A DNA stretch of 64,000 nucleotides from Iphione sp. A-MEVVRFRX5 (taxonomy: Eukaryota): NCBI GenBank assembly GCA_976226885.1, contig OZ320322.1, positions 7,316,001-7,380,000 of the forward strand, read 5' to 3'. The translations under genes were made by a program, and so were the position numbers. How positions within the stretch are numbered: position 1 is the first letter of the stretch; the number at the start of each line of letters is the position of its first letter. Under the pieces are notes generated by a model, which was not told the origin of the DNA, did no database searches, and saw nothing but the letters and a program-made list of their open reading frames with translations. Below are positions 43,101 to 48,841 of this stretch, piece by piece.

Positions 43101-43332
43101 CCTGGAATATTTATAAAATGACACGTACCTTGTTACCGTAGTCTGGAAGGATGCGGCTGATGGGCCAGAGGCTGTACTTGGGGGGAACCATGTTTTCGTC
43201 CCTGACGAACCACTGGTCCAGCAGGCTGACGTCCTCTCCGTCGTCAAGCAGGGCTTTCCGGATGAGCAGGAACTCGCTGGCAGCGATCTCGGGTGGAAAC
43301 GGTCGGTAGCCATACTTCTGACCGAGGAAGAT
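5133..43332 (-). CDS. NWD2-like: NACHT and WD40 repeat protein (NWD1/NWD2-like STAND NTPase), multi-exon, 5' end not located; exons 43129-43332, 39775-39919, 38417-38679, 37596-37806, 36475-36651, 35628-35767, 32922-34058, 31659-32462, 5133-7175
   Basis: Nine GC3-rich exons with GT-AG boundaries and consistent phases sum to 5124 nt (1707 aa + stop). N-terminal FLGQKYGYRPFP motif, Walker A GVSGSGKT, Walker B LVLMLDSLDQ, HFxWYHRQF-like winged-helix segment (NYWYHRQF), WD40 repeats. Orthology to NWD1 vs NWD2 unresolved. Confidence 0.9.
7176..7440 (-). repeat. Duplication of the terminal-exon acceptor and first ~75 nt of the exon (offset 211 bp)
   Basis: Second ttcag|GTGTTTGATATCGAC at 7386 with a small insertion. 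Confidence 0.85.
7966..8377. repeat. 206-bp tandem duplication
   Basis: Near-identical copies start at 7966 and 8172. Confidence 0.92.
8790..8795. repeat. Left target-site duplication CACACG
   Basis: Identical hexamer at 31101-31106; a 6-bp TSD is typical of Polinton integrases. Confidence 0.9.
8796..9005 (+). repeat. Left terminal inverted repeat (210 bp) with four full 37-bp CCAAT/E-box units plus a terminal variant
   Basis: The first 26 nt are identical to the reverse complement of the right end; units start at 8831, 8868, 8905, 8942, 8979. Confidence 0.92.
9221..10333 (+). CDS. Polinton accessory protein A1 (327 aa; exons 9221-9486, 9616-10333): possible PC4-like N-terminal region, acidic tract, C-terminal CxxC-x9-H-x3-C motif
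   Basis: AA|gtaagt and tttgcag|T TAC GAT form a phase-2 junction joining two ORF-track ORFs; a paralog with the same intron lies next door. PC4 similarity is by eye only. Confidence 0.8.
10790..12017 (+). CDS. Polinton accessory protein A2 (357 aa; exons 10790-11055, 11210-12017), paralog of A1 with acidic tract and basic NLS-like segment
   Basis: AA|gtgagt and tttcag|T TAT GAT; exon 1 is 266 nt in both paralogs; shared RVK-N-YDSFN, EIVERTYA, EWCxGC...H.PGC, AHIRIS and FERD motifs. Confidence 0.8.
13815..15237 (-). CDS. Pro/Ser/Thr-rich disordered coding exon, predicted cytoplasmic tail (exon 2) of LRR-TM protein B1
   Basis: Long open frame; strong acceptor tttgtttactttttttatatag|T at 15238/15237, phase-compatible with the donor at 15670. 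Confidence 0.7.
15670..16502 (-). CDS. Type I membrane protein B1, exon 1: signal peptide, LRRNT-like cap, degenerate LRRs, S/T/P stalk, TM helix
   Basis: MIILLASALLITRGVDA signal; CSRCVC-x6-C cap; YRHLYLN and FPNIQYM repeats; VMVLCGLLVFALSALFIGSVAF TM; GC|gtgagt donor overlapping the apparent stop. Confidence 0.8.
16503..17079. promoter_or_regulatory. Probable bidirectional promoter between B1 and B2
   Basis: Divergent start codons; TATAAAA near 16728, GC box GGGGCGGAG near 16810, 5'UTR acceptor candidate ctgtttag at 17048. Confidence 0.45.
17080..18240 (+). CDS. Type I membrane protein B2: signal peptide, LRRNT, 2 LRRs, mucin-like stalk, TM helix (3' end may be spliced at about 18184)
   Basis: CPLRCGDC-x6-C cap; MEMLDWGGCSIREI and FRRFKKVTVLDIRYQ fit the LRR consensus; S/T-rich stalk; VLAGAVTVVVCAVLVAGIMCWIGI TM followed by basic residues. 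Confidence 0.82.
   Translation: MTFIAMNRMMVVVIMLIPISNVFGFAERCPLRCGDCQPPVMRCRGDIDPFLIEFEPDLKMEMLDWGGCSIREIRSHIFRRFKKVTVLDIRYQSAKFLCNTLWKVPPRIRVLSNCPPVSTTTTSTIPDTTRSLHMESTDIKLRSSTLSLELTSLNDELSTVQEVSSETAINNILTTSKTPVTISEQMSAITSSSHVSDTSSAYSSSATIITTTTTTSSSTVPATPTVRHMVSGASDSSTHQTSGYKQVTKVYTSLPPQFMTSYKQEEATNLNSPTARTNKEMLSTRTCQERTTKSRSNEVGTTVNPARRGESKEEGFGTPVLAGAVTVVVCAVLVAGIMCWIGISKCIKLRSNRRLRDARHHDRTAYRVGIHFVFIIISTMSIRYLL
18643..19122 (-). CDS. Adenain-like cysteine maturation protease
   Basis: Catalytic pattern GLHWVA / FFDSLG / Q...CGHYC. Confidence 0.93.
   Translation of the reverse strand: MSPSPPEPLTSTDIQRVLTKFTRLSWVDSYEVLPSRPLPMINEPYVFVVNTDCYGCAGLHWVAVLILPTSYAEFFDSLGYPPGYYHSSLHDFILRNSKSYLYSTVRIQGTDPVCGHYCLAYVYTRLQGISYYEFLQTFDNNLARNDRLVTSFYHTIRSE
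19103..20455 (-). CDS. Major capsid protein (double jelly-roll, Polinton PY/hexon-like)
   Basis: 450 aa; LDLFHVPPTQT, VEFNVP...DYIVL, PILNGVPINLKL, KNPFNFKN, GFTLFVFDL motifs typical of Polinton MCP. Confidence 0.92.
   Translation of the reverse strand: MTHVLKDSDDGFGLDLDLFHVPPTQTGCSEQYVKEYLPVGDLTSDSVVEFNVPNDSLDYIVLHKTRLRIDVQILKDDNTKIGSVDKVGFINMAASTMFQRMELALQQTVVNTGVGNSYPYKVMHDTILHTGLSDELGWLKVAGYAKDNNVFMDSTTRNTGLGTRSTMTADGVVARLMTRLFCGLSDQKRPILNGVPINLKLFPASDPFRLMYSALTNAGGGGGGGGGANPTAPARTSKTYHLKLVRAVLYITFVRLHEGLILQHRTQLSKSPALYPFHRPEYRSFSIASSSHEFAVENIFQDQIPLRLIVGLVDAAAYAGHSEKNPFNFKNCGTNYAAFEVNGESRPFQPDFPKKQIASAYTALFDALSWWELKQFPDITEKDFISGFTLFVFDLDKCREKDLLSPLQRGNSRLTLKFSEALEEATVAVIAGVFPSLLNIDLSRNVTVTT
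20461..20769 (-). CDS. Small basic core/DNA-packaging protein (about 102 aa from the first ATG)
   Basis: VSPTEQAVERAK motif, VGRG putative adenain site, K/R-rich C-terminus; lies between mCP and MCP. The ORF-track start is a GTG. Confidence 0.7.
   Translation of the reverse strand: MHYVPYVPRSDAFSHTVRKQSHYVGRGPPLKLVSPTEQAVERAKASLTKNVPLLKKTYTSRKRSLPRSRSTTRVKKSKVTAKSKQKGKKKKKKSTNRKYRKY
20832..21308 (-). CDS. Minor capsid protein (penton-like, Polinton PX), short 158-aa form
   Basis: N-terminal YL...S...YTDNTPTDFVVELSRPVELVGEWECALVDI motif typical of Polinton minor capsid proteins. Confidence 0.82.
   Translation of the reverse strand: MSGMYLLASPLMSSNVYTDNTPTDFVVELSRPVELVGEWECALVDIRFDRLHVRRGNDAVLCTDLIESNYMSGSLQPSIRIMRQTSTEFDRPWYLKVVPGRIERFRVYSSKLTLAQGGEGGKNKKAQEEEEEDIEAAPSASIAPFIERAIFHLRPLNQ
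21305..22411 (-). CDS. int: Retroviral-type (rve) DDE integrase with C-terminal chromodomain
   Basis: FDADSANM (D), LRTDGGSEF (D), KANYAERLIQTLK (E); chromodomain YKVEKVL...YVVSWLGWPSQYDSWI. First in-frame ATG is at 22411. Confidence 0.95.
   Translation of the reverse strand: MDEYLTKIYYNPVEPEAFGGVRRLYARSRADGRPYTMRQVADWLRTQETYTLFAPSVRGQTVKRPRVIVSDKFDQFDADSANMTAWSESNGGTGYFLAVIDVFTRYAWTRPMKTLSAKEALSALRSVLKERKCRVLRTDGGSEFNNRWVGRYLKDNGIQHVVTRNEVKANYAERLIQTLKMRLTRDMFHRQSHSWVDRLASVTEAYNHRYHRSIGTTPALAASDAVDKVDLWRKQYENTDSELTASKPYKFAKGDVVRLSRFRRPFSRAYDEQWTHELFVVIDRVRYRDDVPQYTIKSWNNEEIDGRFYEEELLKVHVNPDTRYKVEKVLRKKKVNGVAGYVVSWLGWPSQYDSWISADELQDYSPSR
22396..22854 (-). CDS. Small Polinton protein, low-complexity middle (152 aa)
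   Basis: ATG-initiated ORF packed between core genes; MRKLACLPYDRY N-terminus and Trp-containing C-terminus resemble small Polinton proteins. Confidence 0.6.
   Translation of the reverse strand: MRKLACLPYDRYLVLLKQSTPVEVSTPPEGVDTTTTTDSTGVLGSEETSSSQSRHEETEEEGGPPRAHTQPPPPRPRAAMSVPRAGQQQQQRGGGVGNRKVKERSGSKGGRPPPPPPPGIPMEGTTKSETMRAGRKRKMKRPMDWTEGWMST
22859..23293 (-). CDS. Conserved small helical basic Polinton protein downstream of the ATPase
   Basis: FIRLIL...RKQVEALFDTAT..QLSALAEIFRNLL...LLRKL pattern recognised from Polinton ATPase-adjacent proteins; first ATG at 23293. Confidence 0.7.
   Translation of the reverse strand: MASRLLSEHSSFIRLILTSPSRKQVEALFDTATSGQLSALAEIFRNLLELPVSEDIKLHVDKKKVLLRKLTNGKLSKRAKSALFSKHYRQLLPILKATEDELWHLTSGVPPPLPSPSSSALLTLSDLPHQEEEEEEEDTRGESL
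23318..23986 (-). CDS. FtsK/HerA (A32-like) genome-packaging ATPase
   Basis: Walker A GATFSGKT, Walker B LLVIDDLM, RGSHHDNISIVYLSQN. Confidence 0.95.
   Translation of the reverse strand: MILPSSCYKMEVEVPEFIFATPCTIMVTGATFSGKTTFVLELIRKRRQLFQSPPPEKVIYCYGAWQSGFEELRGIDGESDIEFREGVNVDDVKHQGGTLLVIDDLMDDVVQNEKVRNLFTRGSHHDNISIVYLSQNPFCQGKCAKSIALNSQYLILFRNPRDVHQIGRLSSQLGMPIVREAYKDATREPYGYLLIDLHPKNNKDVKLMSHVLPQDDVLVWYK
24050..28867 (-). CDS. polB: Protein-primed family B DNA polymerase, main exon (zinc fingers, exonuclease, polymerase with endonuclease-like insert, C-terminal NADAR-like domain)
   Basis: ExoI VFDCEA, ExoII GYNSAKYD, ExoIII YNKLDV; pol A LDANSLY, B KLIGNSAYG, C MDTDSAY. An acceptor at 28868/28867 extends the ORF-track ORF by 26 in-frame codons containing CPYC...H...C. 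Confidence 0.96.
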   Translation of the reverse strand, partial: TKGYACPYCKKKYRYKKCGSKHAAQCLEKTRLTCDVCGRRFQSVEARQAHKDRYHNRKKKRKQQEVEEEEEEEEEVDPSIRVPSYRCKKCDAIFNTRSDLYMHDGEQHGAGEEDVQSPPWREGGEPWRRVSNVNDSDSDIARQFQRVYNANRRHILANHRQGEVSATYNFPTDNLSGGGDEISRQMDEIFNSEQSAYKLNVGFGLIIRHVETNKHRYFVPYKNSTVLEEPVVISSYRDVQETTERLRGIDLDNYFTEGRPDTKWVLVGIVNVTYFVSRLAYPLGVGFLPRYLKCRRYLVALDQTDNGTPISDMLCAFRCLAVHEGRTHEMERVVGEYYEKWRQFMGAKHGITLQNDPSKYDGIGIDEMKDFEDCFQISVYIYEPTSQNTVILHYKPFHKVGKVMYLNVYEGHLSYVTDFKAYAKKFECPLCRKCFNRKFNIDRHMKSCPLRTTYILKGGFYSNPQTVFQELKAVGINVPPEDRLFRNFAVFDCEAMLRAIPEGDSPKLKWLQKHEVISVAVSSNVSGFETPECFVSEDISVLMDRTVGYLENIQKASVSIAREKWSSVLKELERKKNEAQRNCDIWDEPVDGEGDWNDVHARIRDRAGKQQLTMLTKLEEKFVTYISTLPVIGYNSAKYDLNVMKAALLRRLKREGKELFVIKRENAYIMLDNQLLKFLDITQYLTPGVSYSKFLKAYGVEEQKGVFCYEYLDCPEKLMETSLPPHDAFYSSLKKCNITSEEYQDLQETWDREGMQTLQDLLVYYNKLDVGPFVEGVSRLQRFYFDRGMDVFKVAVSAPGVARRLLFQSALRNGARFPIFGTSDEDIYQTFRRNIVGGPAIVFTRAHEKDKSHIRDTQNLCKKILGLDANSLYLCCIGKMHGTEAYVRRRAKTNFKRENSTLSSMCVVWLEWEAERRGLDIIHAQNRYEGEISIGPFRVDGIAQETNTVFEFNGCYYHGHSCLTGKMNESVRLKREKRTKERQSFIEGQGFDVVVMEECTFVAELKSNQALSDFADKYTPTFSKLHRGGVTEAQIIEGIMNETFFGAVEVDISVPDDWPRGRERNMSPREYFSEMCPLFGNTSVHMEHIGEHMRQYVSSHKLSERPRRLLVGAMKARKMLLLSPLLKWYMEHGLVVTRIYQTIEFVPKECFRPFVDDVTEARRRGDSNPDMSIIADTMKLIGNSAYGGIIMQKEKQNSVKYFTSTNQAVAAVNSPRFRKLTEMSGIYGVELAKSRIVLDMPVYVGFSILQYAKLVMLSFYYDCIDRAIDRTQYEYVTMDTDSAYIALSKPTLFESMSEEGKKMYEADTLGKCDDSKSPEWFMRECCERHRTHDRRLPGIMKEEAKGDRIIALTSKTYVLTSSDTSSSVKFSCKGITKAHVENPVQIYEDVLTTRMSRAGKNIGFRAWLGTVCTYELTRDGFSYFYAKREVLSDEIHTLPLSLTLCPWGDSPQDYYIISHPWQVLSIHHRSPIGEGGIFISPEHMFLYFMAKFHKEDAIAQAIRLTTDCLEFRAYADMVTVSSDWNEKVRFEYMTQVLRQKTRKLGQLVTKELNHEKHIVYANKDRYWGVGMNESLADITDRDGFRGLNKLGEIWEIIRAELRQAH
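28998..29105 (-). CDS. Predicted 108-nt upstream exon of polB
   Basis: ataatttttcag|TTG to CCA|gtaagt, phase 0/0, open. Confidence 0.65.
29299..29478 (-). CDS. Predicted exon (Ser/acidic); the frame stays open to a stop at 29227 if the 29299 donor is unused
   Basis: tattcag|TCA GAT acceptor, phase 0; candidate GTT|gtatgt donor, phase 0. Confidence 0.5.
29860..30105 (-). CDS. Predicted highly acidic (D/E) exon
   Basis: attacag|AGA CGT to CTG|gtgagt, 246 nt, phase 0/0. Confidence 0.7.
30212..30388 (-). CDS. Predicted first exon (basic, coiled) of the right-end spliced gene
   Basis: ATG at 30388, GAG|gtaggt phase-0 donor; TATA-like TATATATA about 70 bp upstream. Confidence 0.65.
30965..31100 (-). 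repeat. Right terminal inverted repeat (136 bp) with two full 37-bp units plus a terminal variant
   Basis: Reverse complement of the left TIR; exactly 74 bp (2 x 37) shorter. Confidence 0.92.
31101..31106. repeat. Right target-site duplication CACACG
   Basis: Matches 8790-8795. Confidence 0.9.
31131..31700 (-). repeat. 63-bp tandem array of exon 3' end plus splice donor (9 copies plus a partial)
   Basis: CCTTACCTTAAAGAGACAGTCC at 31653, 31590, 31527, 31464, 31401, 31338, 31275, 31211, 31148 and partial at 31131. Confidence 0.95.
31659..32462 (-). CDS. NWD-like exon (end of helical domain, first WD40 repeats)
   Basis: cag|GTA CTA GCG (VLANSLRMGG) to AAG|gtaag, 804 nt, phase 0/0; LEEHSKSVVDLLFS...DGTIAFWNL WD40. 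The 3' boundary is ambiguous because of the donor array. Confidence 0.88.
32463..32700 (-). repeat. Two degenerate copies of the 32462 acceptor region
   Basis: ...gacctgaagtcatagcatgctctcgataactacatggcgaatga and cagactattagcgagtacatgaagtcaaagc. Confidence 0.75.
32716..32930 (-). repeat. AT-rich degenerate copies of the 32922 donor
   Basis: Copies read GAAATTAAG|GTAAAATTCA against the true GAAATCAAG|GTAGAAATTCA. Confidence 0.65.
32922..34058 (-). CDS. NWD-like exon (NACHT Walker B, helical and winged-helix domains)
   Basis: tttgcag|TGT GCT to ATC AAG|gtagaa, 1137 nt, phase 0/0; LVLMLDSLDQL, PLYTKL, WYHRQF. Confidence 0.92.
34032..34560 (-). repeat. 142-bp tandem array spanning the 34058 acceptor (4 copies)
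   Basis: GGGTTTCTCAGCAGTAGCACAC at 34038, 34180, 34322, 34464. Confidence 0.93.
34980..35715 (-). repeat. About 160-bp tandem array spanning the 35628 donor (4 copies plus a degenerate fragment)
   Basis: CTCACCCTCAGAAG at 35141, 35302, 35461, 35623. Confidence 0.92.
35628..35767 (-). CDS. NWD-like exon (NACHT core)
   Basis: tag|GA ACC to CTG AGG|gtgagt, 140 nt, phase 1/0; continues LRFLG-TS...LGSICWQI. Confidence 0.88.
36475..36651 (-). CDS. NWD-like exon (NACHT Walker A)
   Basis: cag|GT CGT to CTA G|gtaag, 177 nt, phase 1/1; PFIIHGVSGSGKTSIIAK. Confidence 0.92.
36770..37718 (-). repeat. 167-bp tandem array spanning the 37596 donor (5 copies plus a partial)
   Basis: CTTAACTAACCTTCACTAAAAC at 36884, 37051, 37218, 37385, 37552. 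Confidence 0.95.
37596..37806 (-). CDS. NWD-like exon (pre-NACHT helices)
   Basis: cag|GTT CTC to AAA G|gttagt, 211 nt, phase 0/1; DYIQEFCDTFY...EVMQHLELC...FKG. Confidence 0.88.
38050..38287. other. Assembly gap
   Basis: N run. Confidence 1.
38417..38679 (-). CDS. NWD-like exon
   Basis: tag|TG ACT GAG to ATG AAG|gtaggg, 263 nt, phase 1/0; completes the S-VTEYEI motif. Confidence 0.88.
38791..39230. repeat. 129-bp tandem repeat, about 3.4 copies
   Basis: TACTGG(A/T)GGCTTCCAC at 38791, 38920, 39049, 39177. Confidence 0.93.
39775..39919 (-). CDS. NWD-like exon
   Basis: ttcag|GAA AGT to TCA G|gtgagt, 145 nt, phase 0/1; WNKTFEQIRDLL...KYFIS. Confidence 0.88.
39920..40345 (-). repeat. Degenerate tandem copies of the 39919 acceptor and exon 5' part
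   Basis: Recurring cctgagca...ctgctca.at.tctt.gtt...gactttcctaaaaat at about 40010-40100 and 40170-40260, partial at 40330. Confidence 0.8.
43129..43332 (-). CDS. NWD-like exon (N-terminal DUF4062-like region)
   Basis: cag|ATC TTC CTC GGT CAG AAG TAT to AAC AAG|gtacgt, 204 nt, phase 0/0; FLGQKYGYRPFPPEI...LLDQWFVRDENMVPP. Confidence 0.88.
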
Positions 43333-44935
43333 CTGTGGAGGAGAGCGAGAGGAGAGGGTCTAAGTCACGATGGTTGATGTAGATGATGAGAGGTTGTCCT
43401 TAAGGGTGATTGGGGGGGGTGTAACCCTGGCAGACAGAGGTGATAAAGGAGGTCTAATCAAGGGACATTTGTAGAGAAGAATGAGCAGATAAAAAGATGT
43501 CAGGAGATAAAGGGTAGATGTGAGAAATAAAGGTTTCATCGAGGAACATATGTTACAGGAGAACGAGGAGATGATAAGTAAATGTGGGTAATGAAGATAT
43601 AATCGAGGGACATATGCACAGGAGAACGAGGAGGTGAAAGGAGGGAGGCGGATGCAGAGATGCAGCTGTAATAATGCCATATTAATGCTAGCACTGTGTT
43701 ATTCCAGTCAAATTGTGACCGAAGCAGGAATCACGCTTAGGCCACCAATGCTATGTCTGACAGAGGGTTTACAGTCTTAATTTGAGTCAAACTAAAGACC
43801 ACGTAAACCTTATAAGCAACTTGAGCACTTATGTCTCCCTACTTTAGATCAGTGTTCAAGTGTCTTTAGTGTCTATAACGCCGTACTGCACCATGCACAT
43901 CTGTATAAGGTGGGAGGTGCTTCCAGGAGACAAAAGGTAGACGTGGGAAACAAAGGTCCACAACATGATGTTTTGCCGAGAATGTGATATCATAATGTGC
44001 TTTCAATGAACCAGTTGAATACACCCTACTTTCCCAATAAGTCACACAACGCTGCAGTAAATCACCGTGTAATGGCATGTGTAATGACTCGTCGATATGT
44101 GAACTTCTCGGGGTACCCTGCTTACCCGGCAGGACCAGTAGTCGTGCACAGACAGTCTGCTGACTGGGCAACAAGCTCAGAGTTTGATCAACAGTACCCC
44201 TGCCCCGCCCACCCACCCAAACCCCACCTACTGACACCCCCGTCCTGTCACCCTTGACCACTCGTTCCACCTGACTGCGTGCTGTAAACAACACAGCATC
44301 TTGGGACTTATCACACCTCATCACAAACAAGAGCCGAATTGGTAACTTTTTATCTCTCCGATCATAAATACCGAGCTGCGTGGACACGATATGAAAGGAC
44401 CCTATACAGATAAAACAACACCACCCACTTCTCGGCGACAAAACCTGTGAGAGAATGACCCTTTTTACCATAGTGGTAACCTCCATTATGAGAAAATTAG
44501 TAATATATTGTAAAGCATGTACTATGACAAATGTCGATAGTTGGATGCAATGAAATTCTGTTTCAATTCAATTCAGGCCATGTCTGACCTTTCAATGCAA
44601 GAATTAACTGTAATGTTGGGAGGCAGGTCTATATCCCTGAGTAGCTCTATGAAGACATGTAAAAGTGTCACGCCTAGAATGACGTACCTCTGACAATGAA
44701 GAATTTGCCTATTACGAGGTGATATCCTGGAACATATCTTCCGTCGTTAAGAAAGTTAACCCCGTATACACACTTCACTCGGCACGGTGACATTCGGTAT
44801 GCGCATGCGCGGGATTCTCCCCTCTGCGTTGGAACGTTAATAACGGGTGTACTTGACTGAAAGTGGTTTAATTAGTCTATTTTTCATAACAAAAAATACA
44901 TGGTGCAAATACCACAGGGTAAAAAGAACAAATTG

Positions 44936-45174
44936 NNNNNNNNNNNNNNNNNNNNNNNNNNNNNNNNNNNNNNNNNNNNNNNNNNNNNNNNNNNNNNNNN
45001 NNNNNNNNNNNNNNNNNNNNNNNNNNNNNNNNNNNNNNNNNNNNNNNNNNNNNNNNNNNNNNNNNNNNNNNNNNNNNNNNNNNNNNNNNNNNNNNNNNNN
45101 NNNNNNNNNNNNNNNNNNNNNNNNNNNNNNNNNNNNNNNNNNNNNNNNNNNNNNNNNNNNNNNNNNNNNNNNNN
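44936..45174. other. Assembly gap
   Basis: N run. Confidence 1.
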
Positions 45175-45634
45175 CCATTTGCTTGATTCCTGATAATCTC
45201 GAGCTCCCGTAGACAATGTGTAGTCATCAAGAAGAAATGCACAAAAACTTTTACGCACAAAGTGACCTACCACCCTGACAAAAGCACTCATCCTTTACTC
45301 ATAAAATGACCAGCGCTGCTGTCAAAAACACCTGTTTTTTTAACTTATAAATGTACCTACACGTTTGTTCAGTCATATCATTTTCTCCATTACTGACAAA
45401 AGCACCCGTCCTTCACTTACCAGAGAGAATGCTATGACCGAGCCTATGGTCTGAAACATGTTGAAATGGCTGCCTTGATGGGAAGGTTAGACAGACACAT
45501 TGTTAAAATTCTTTCTCTTTTGGCTGAGAATCAAAAATGCGAGTTAAATCACGGGTATTATCCACATTGCTACATAACTGATTATTTTTGGTGGACTTGT
45601 TAATTGAGGGTAAAGCAACTTCAGGCTACTCACA

Positions 45635-46337
45635 ATGACCACGTTTCTCTACTGGCTGCTGACTTCATGTACTCATAATGACCAGGGATATTCATGGACT
45701 TGTAATGACCATGTTTCTCTACTGGCTGCTGGCTTCATTTACTCATAATGACCAGGGATATTCATGGACTTGTAATGACCATGTTTCTCTATTGGCTGCT
45801 GGCTTCATGTACTTGTAATGACCACAGACCTGTATTCATGGACTCGTAACGACCATGTTTTTCTACCAGCTGCTGGCTTGATGTACTCACAATGACCACG
45901 TTTCTCTACTGGCTGCTGGCTTCATGTACTCATAATGACCAGGGATATTCATGGACTCATAATGACCATATATCTCTTCTGACTGCTGGCTTTATGTACT
46001 CGTTATGACCACGTTTCTCTACTGGCTAGTAACTTCATGTACTCATAATGACCAGGGATATTCATGGACTCGTAATGACCATATATCTCTTCCGACTGCT
46101 GGCTTTATGTACTCGTTATGACCACGTTTCTCTACTGGCTAGTAACTTCATGTACTCATAATGACCAGGGATATTCATGGACTCGTAATGACCATATGTC
46201 TCTTCCGACTGCTGGCTTTATGTACTCGTTATGACCACGTTTCTCTACTGGCTAGTGACTTCGTGTACTCATAATGACCAGGGATATTCATGAACTTGTA
46301 ATGACCATGTTTCTCTATTGGCTGCTGGCTTCATGTA
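45635..46337. repeat. Composite minisatellite of two alternating ATGACCA-initiated subunits (about 42 and 25 bp)
   Basis: atgaccacgtttctctactggct... alternating with atgaccagggatattcatggact... Confidence 0.9.
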
Positions 46338-46461
46338 GTCTGTAGAAATGAGAAACTATGGTCCGCAGTACTAACATGTACCTGCCTGGTATACAATCTA
46401 TCATCTTTTCCCCTTTTTTCACACAACTAAAAACTACAACGCATAGTTAAAACTACAACGC

Positions 46462-47585
46462 GGTATAAAGGACGTAGCAGAATGGACAAACAGAAATGGT
46501 CTTTTTGTAAGTATTGACAAAACGTACTTTATGCAGTTTGGCAAAAGCAGACAAATTGACTTAGACTTAACATTGAATCAACATCGTCTGCTACGAGTGA
46601 GTGAATGCAAATTCCTTGGCCATGTCTTAGATGAATCGCTGAACTGGCAACCCCTGGTCACGAAACTGGTAAGTGCAACCAGAAAAAGAGGTTACTTTCT
46701 AAACAAAATGTCATACTATTTGCCATTTGAAGATAAGGGGCGCGTTTTCAAAAGCTTCGTGATGCCATTGTATGATTATAGTCTGCCATTCTTGCTAAAC
46801 TACAAAAAAGGGGTAACAGACAACCTACAGTTGAACTGTAACAGAGCAATGAGAAGTATAATCGTAGGCAAGCGGTTCTCATATCAGTCCAATTTGTCCA
46901 TCAGGAACCGTATGAAGCTAAAGACACTAGACAAGAGAGGCAATAGAGCCCTCCTATGTCTAATTCATCGTCTTCACCTGCTTGGATTATTAAAGGAGAA
47001 TCCTCGTAAAAGGGGGTGGGGACCAGACGAAGTATCGCACCAATTCTTGCTCTGCGTAAACCACGTACTAATCTGTATAAAACATCCTTTATATATTCAG
47101 GAGTAAAGATGTGGAATGAACTACCGACATTCGTTAAGATGAGTGTGAATCCTAAAGTCTTCAAGCAGCGACTAGCAACTCACATAGGTGGAAAAGCATG
47201 GAGCCGCTAATGAAAGGGCAACCAAAACGAGTCAAAACTGCAAGAATATCACTGTAGATGGGAAGTAATAATCCAGCAAGAATGTTAACAACGGATGACA
47301 TAGTATGAAACGATGTATGATAGAAAATACAACCTTTGAAAAAGACCACTACAGCGTGAATACAGCCGGCATCGTAGTAATATGTAATTGTTCTCTCAGT
47401 AGACGATAACATAGACAGAGCCCTTATATGCCATACTTGTAAATACTTTATTCTAATATTTACTCGTAATCACCATCTTATGTATTTTCGATTGGGGCAC
47501 TGTTCTCTGGGAGATCTTGTGACATTGTCATGAAGGATGAGAATAAAAGACTCTTGAATCTTGAATCTTGAATCTTGAATCTTGA
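46462..47585 (+). mobile_element. 5'-truncated non-LTR retrotransposon (CR1/L2 group), RT C-terminus with frameshift, 3'UTR and tandem-repeat tail
   Basis: VAEW...NGL...DKT, CKFLGHVLDESLNW, YDYS, TSFIYSGVKMWNELP; AATAAA at 47542 followed by (CTTGAAT)n. Confidence 0.88.
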
Positions 47586-47941
47586 CAATCAGCAGCAACA
47601 GACAAGGAAAACTTGGTAGTTCAAGGTACTGTAGACCTCAGAGGTAGCGCAATGTAGGCCAGGACTCTATGTTAGGGGGTTAATGTAGGCTGTACCTCCA
47701 GTGGATGTTACTATTAGAAGTTGTTCTTGAGAGAGTAAACATAGTTCATACGATGAAGTCAGTCTGGCAGACTATGTCAGTATAAAAGTTGCGTCATCCG
47801 TCAAATGTATACTCATCTCACTGGATGAAGTGAACACAGAAGCAGTGTTGTCCCCTCGCTATTAGGACCACCAGTTGTTCTAACCTTAAATGGTCACAAT
47901 AGAGAGTGGTCTTATTAGAGAGGAGTATTTATGTACAAGTA

Positions 47942-48121
47942 CAGTAGAACCTCAGAACTGGGGACACCCAAAACAGGGGATATCCCTCAACTGAGGTCAC
48001 TTTCAGCTGGAACAGCTTCTAATCTGGGCTAAACATGGTACTCTCCAGGACTGGGGACACCCCCTAATTGGGAACATTTTCACTGGGAATGAAGAGGGTC
48101 CTCAGTTCTGAGGTTCTACTC
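47942..48121. mobile_element. 180-bp MITE (Tc1/mariner-pogo type) with TA target duplication
   Basis: TA|CAGTAGAACCTCAGAACTG ... CAGTTCTGAGGTTCTACTC|TA; 19-bp TIR with 1 terminal mismatch. Confidence 0.8.
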
Positions 48122-48841
48122 TATGTAACTTGGTCCGGAAATTAAATTAAATTAATAAATTAATTAATTATAAAAGTAAATAGCAGTCTAGAAACTATAA
48201 TTGCGTTTGACAATGGGGCCAGTATGTTTGTTTTATCTAGAATATAGCCACTTGATAGGCTAATACTAACACTGTTTGCAGAACAAAAGTTAGGTACTGT
48301 TAAACTGATCTGTTTATATCTCTGGTTGCAAATACATGATTGTATAGACTCACCAGGATAAATAAAGATTTTTTTTTTAAATCTCTTCCTTAAAAATCAT
48401 CTTACTAGGGAGGTGGTCTGATTGGAGAGGTGGCCGTAGTCCGAGGGGATACTGTATGATCGAGGTCGTGAAAGTAGTGTCAACATAGTGAACAATGGTC
48501 TTGTAATGAAATCAACCTCTGAATGCCATGTTGGTTAAATGATATTAAACAGTGGTGAAGCATTGCTCAAGCCAGTACGGCACTATGTGTACAAAGGCAA
48601 GCTAACATGAATACAATGTACTTGTACTCTGTTTTCACTCGGAACCTCATCTGCCTGTGGGTACCTCCACCTATGGCCAACAGATTCACTAGCAGACCCT
48701 CATAAGTTGCATAACACAAAGACACGCGACAATAGAACTAACCGTAGTGGGTAAAGGAAATTCTTCGAGTCAAGTTACACTAGACCTCACATGTATGTAG
48801 TGTATGTCAGGCCTTTATGTGCTGGTCAAAGGAGACTAGCT

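Noticed and set aside
43866-44486. 206-aa minus-strand ORF
   Set aside because: No recognisable domain, lacks the host codon bias, and no phase-compatible splice sites found.
44837-45291. ORFs containing X runs here and at 37997, 57333, 61709-62456
   Set aside because: Artefacts of N gaps.
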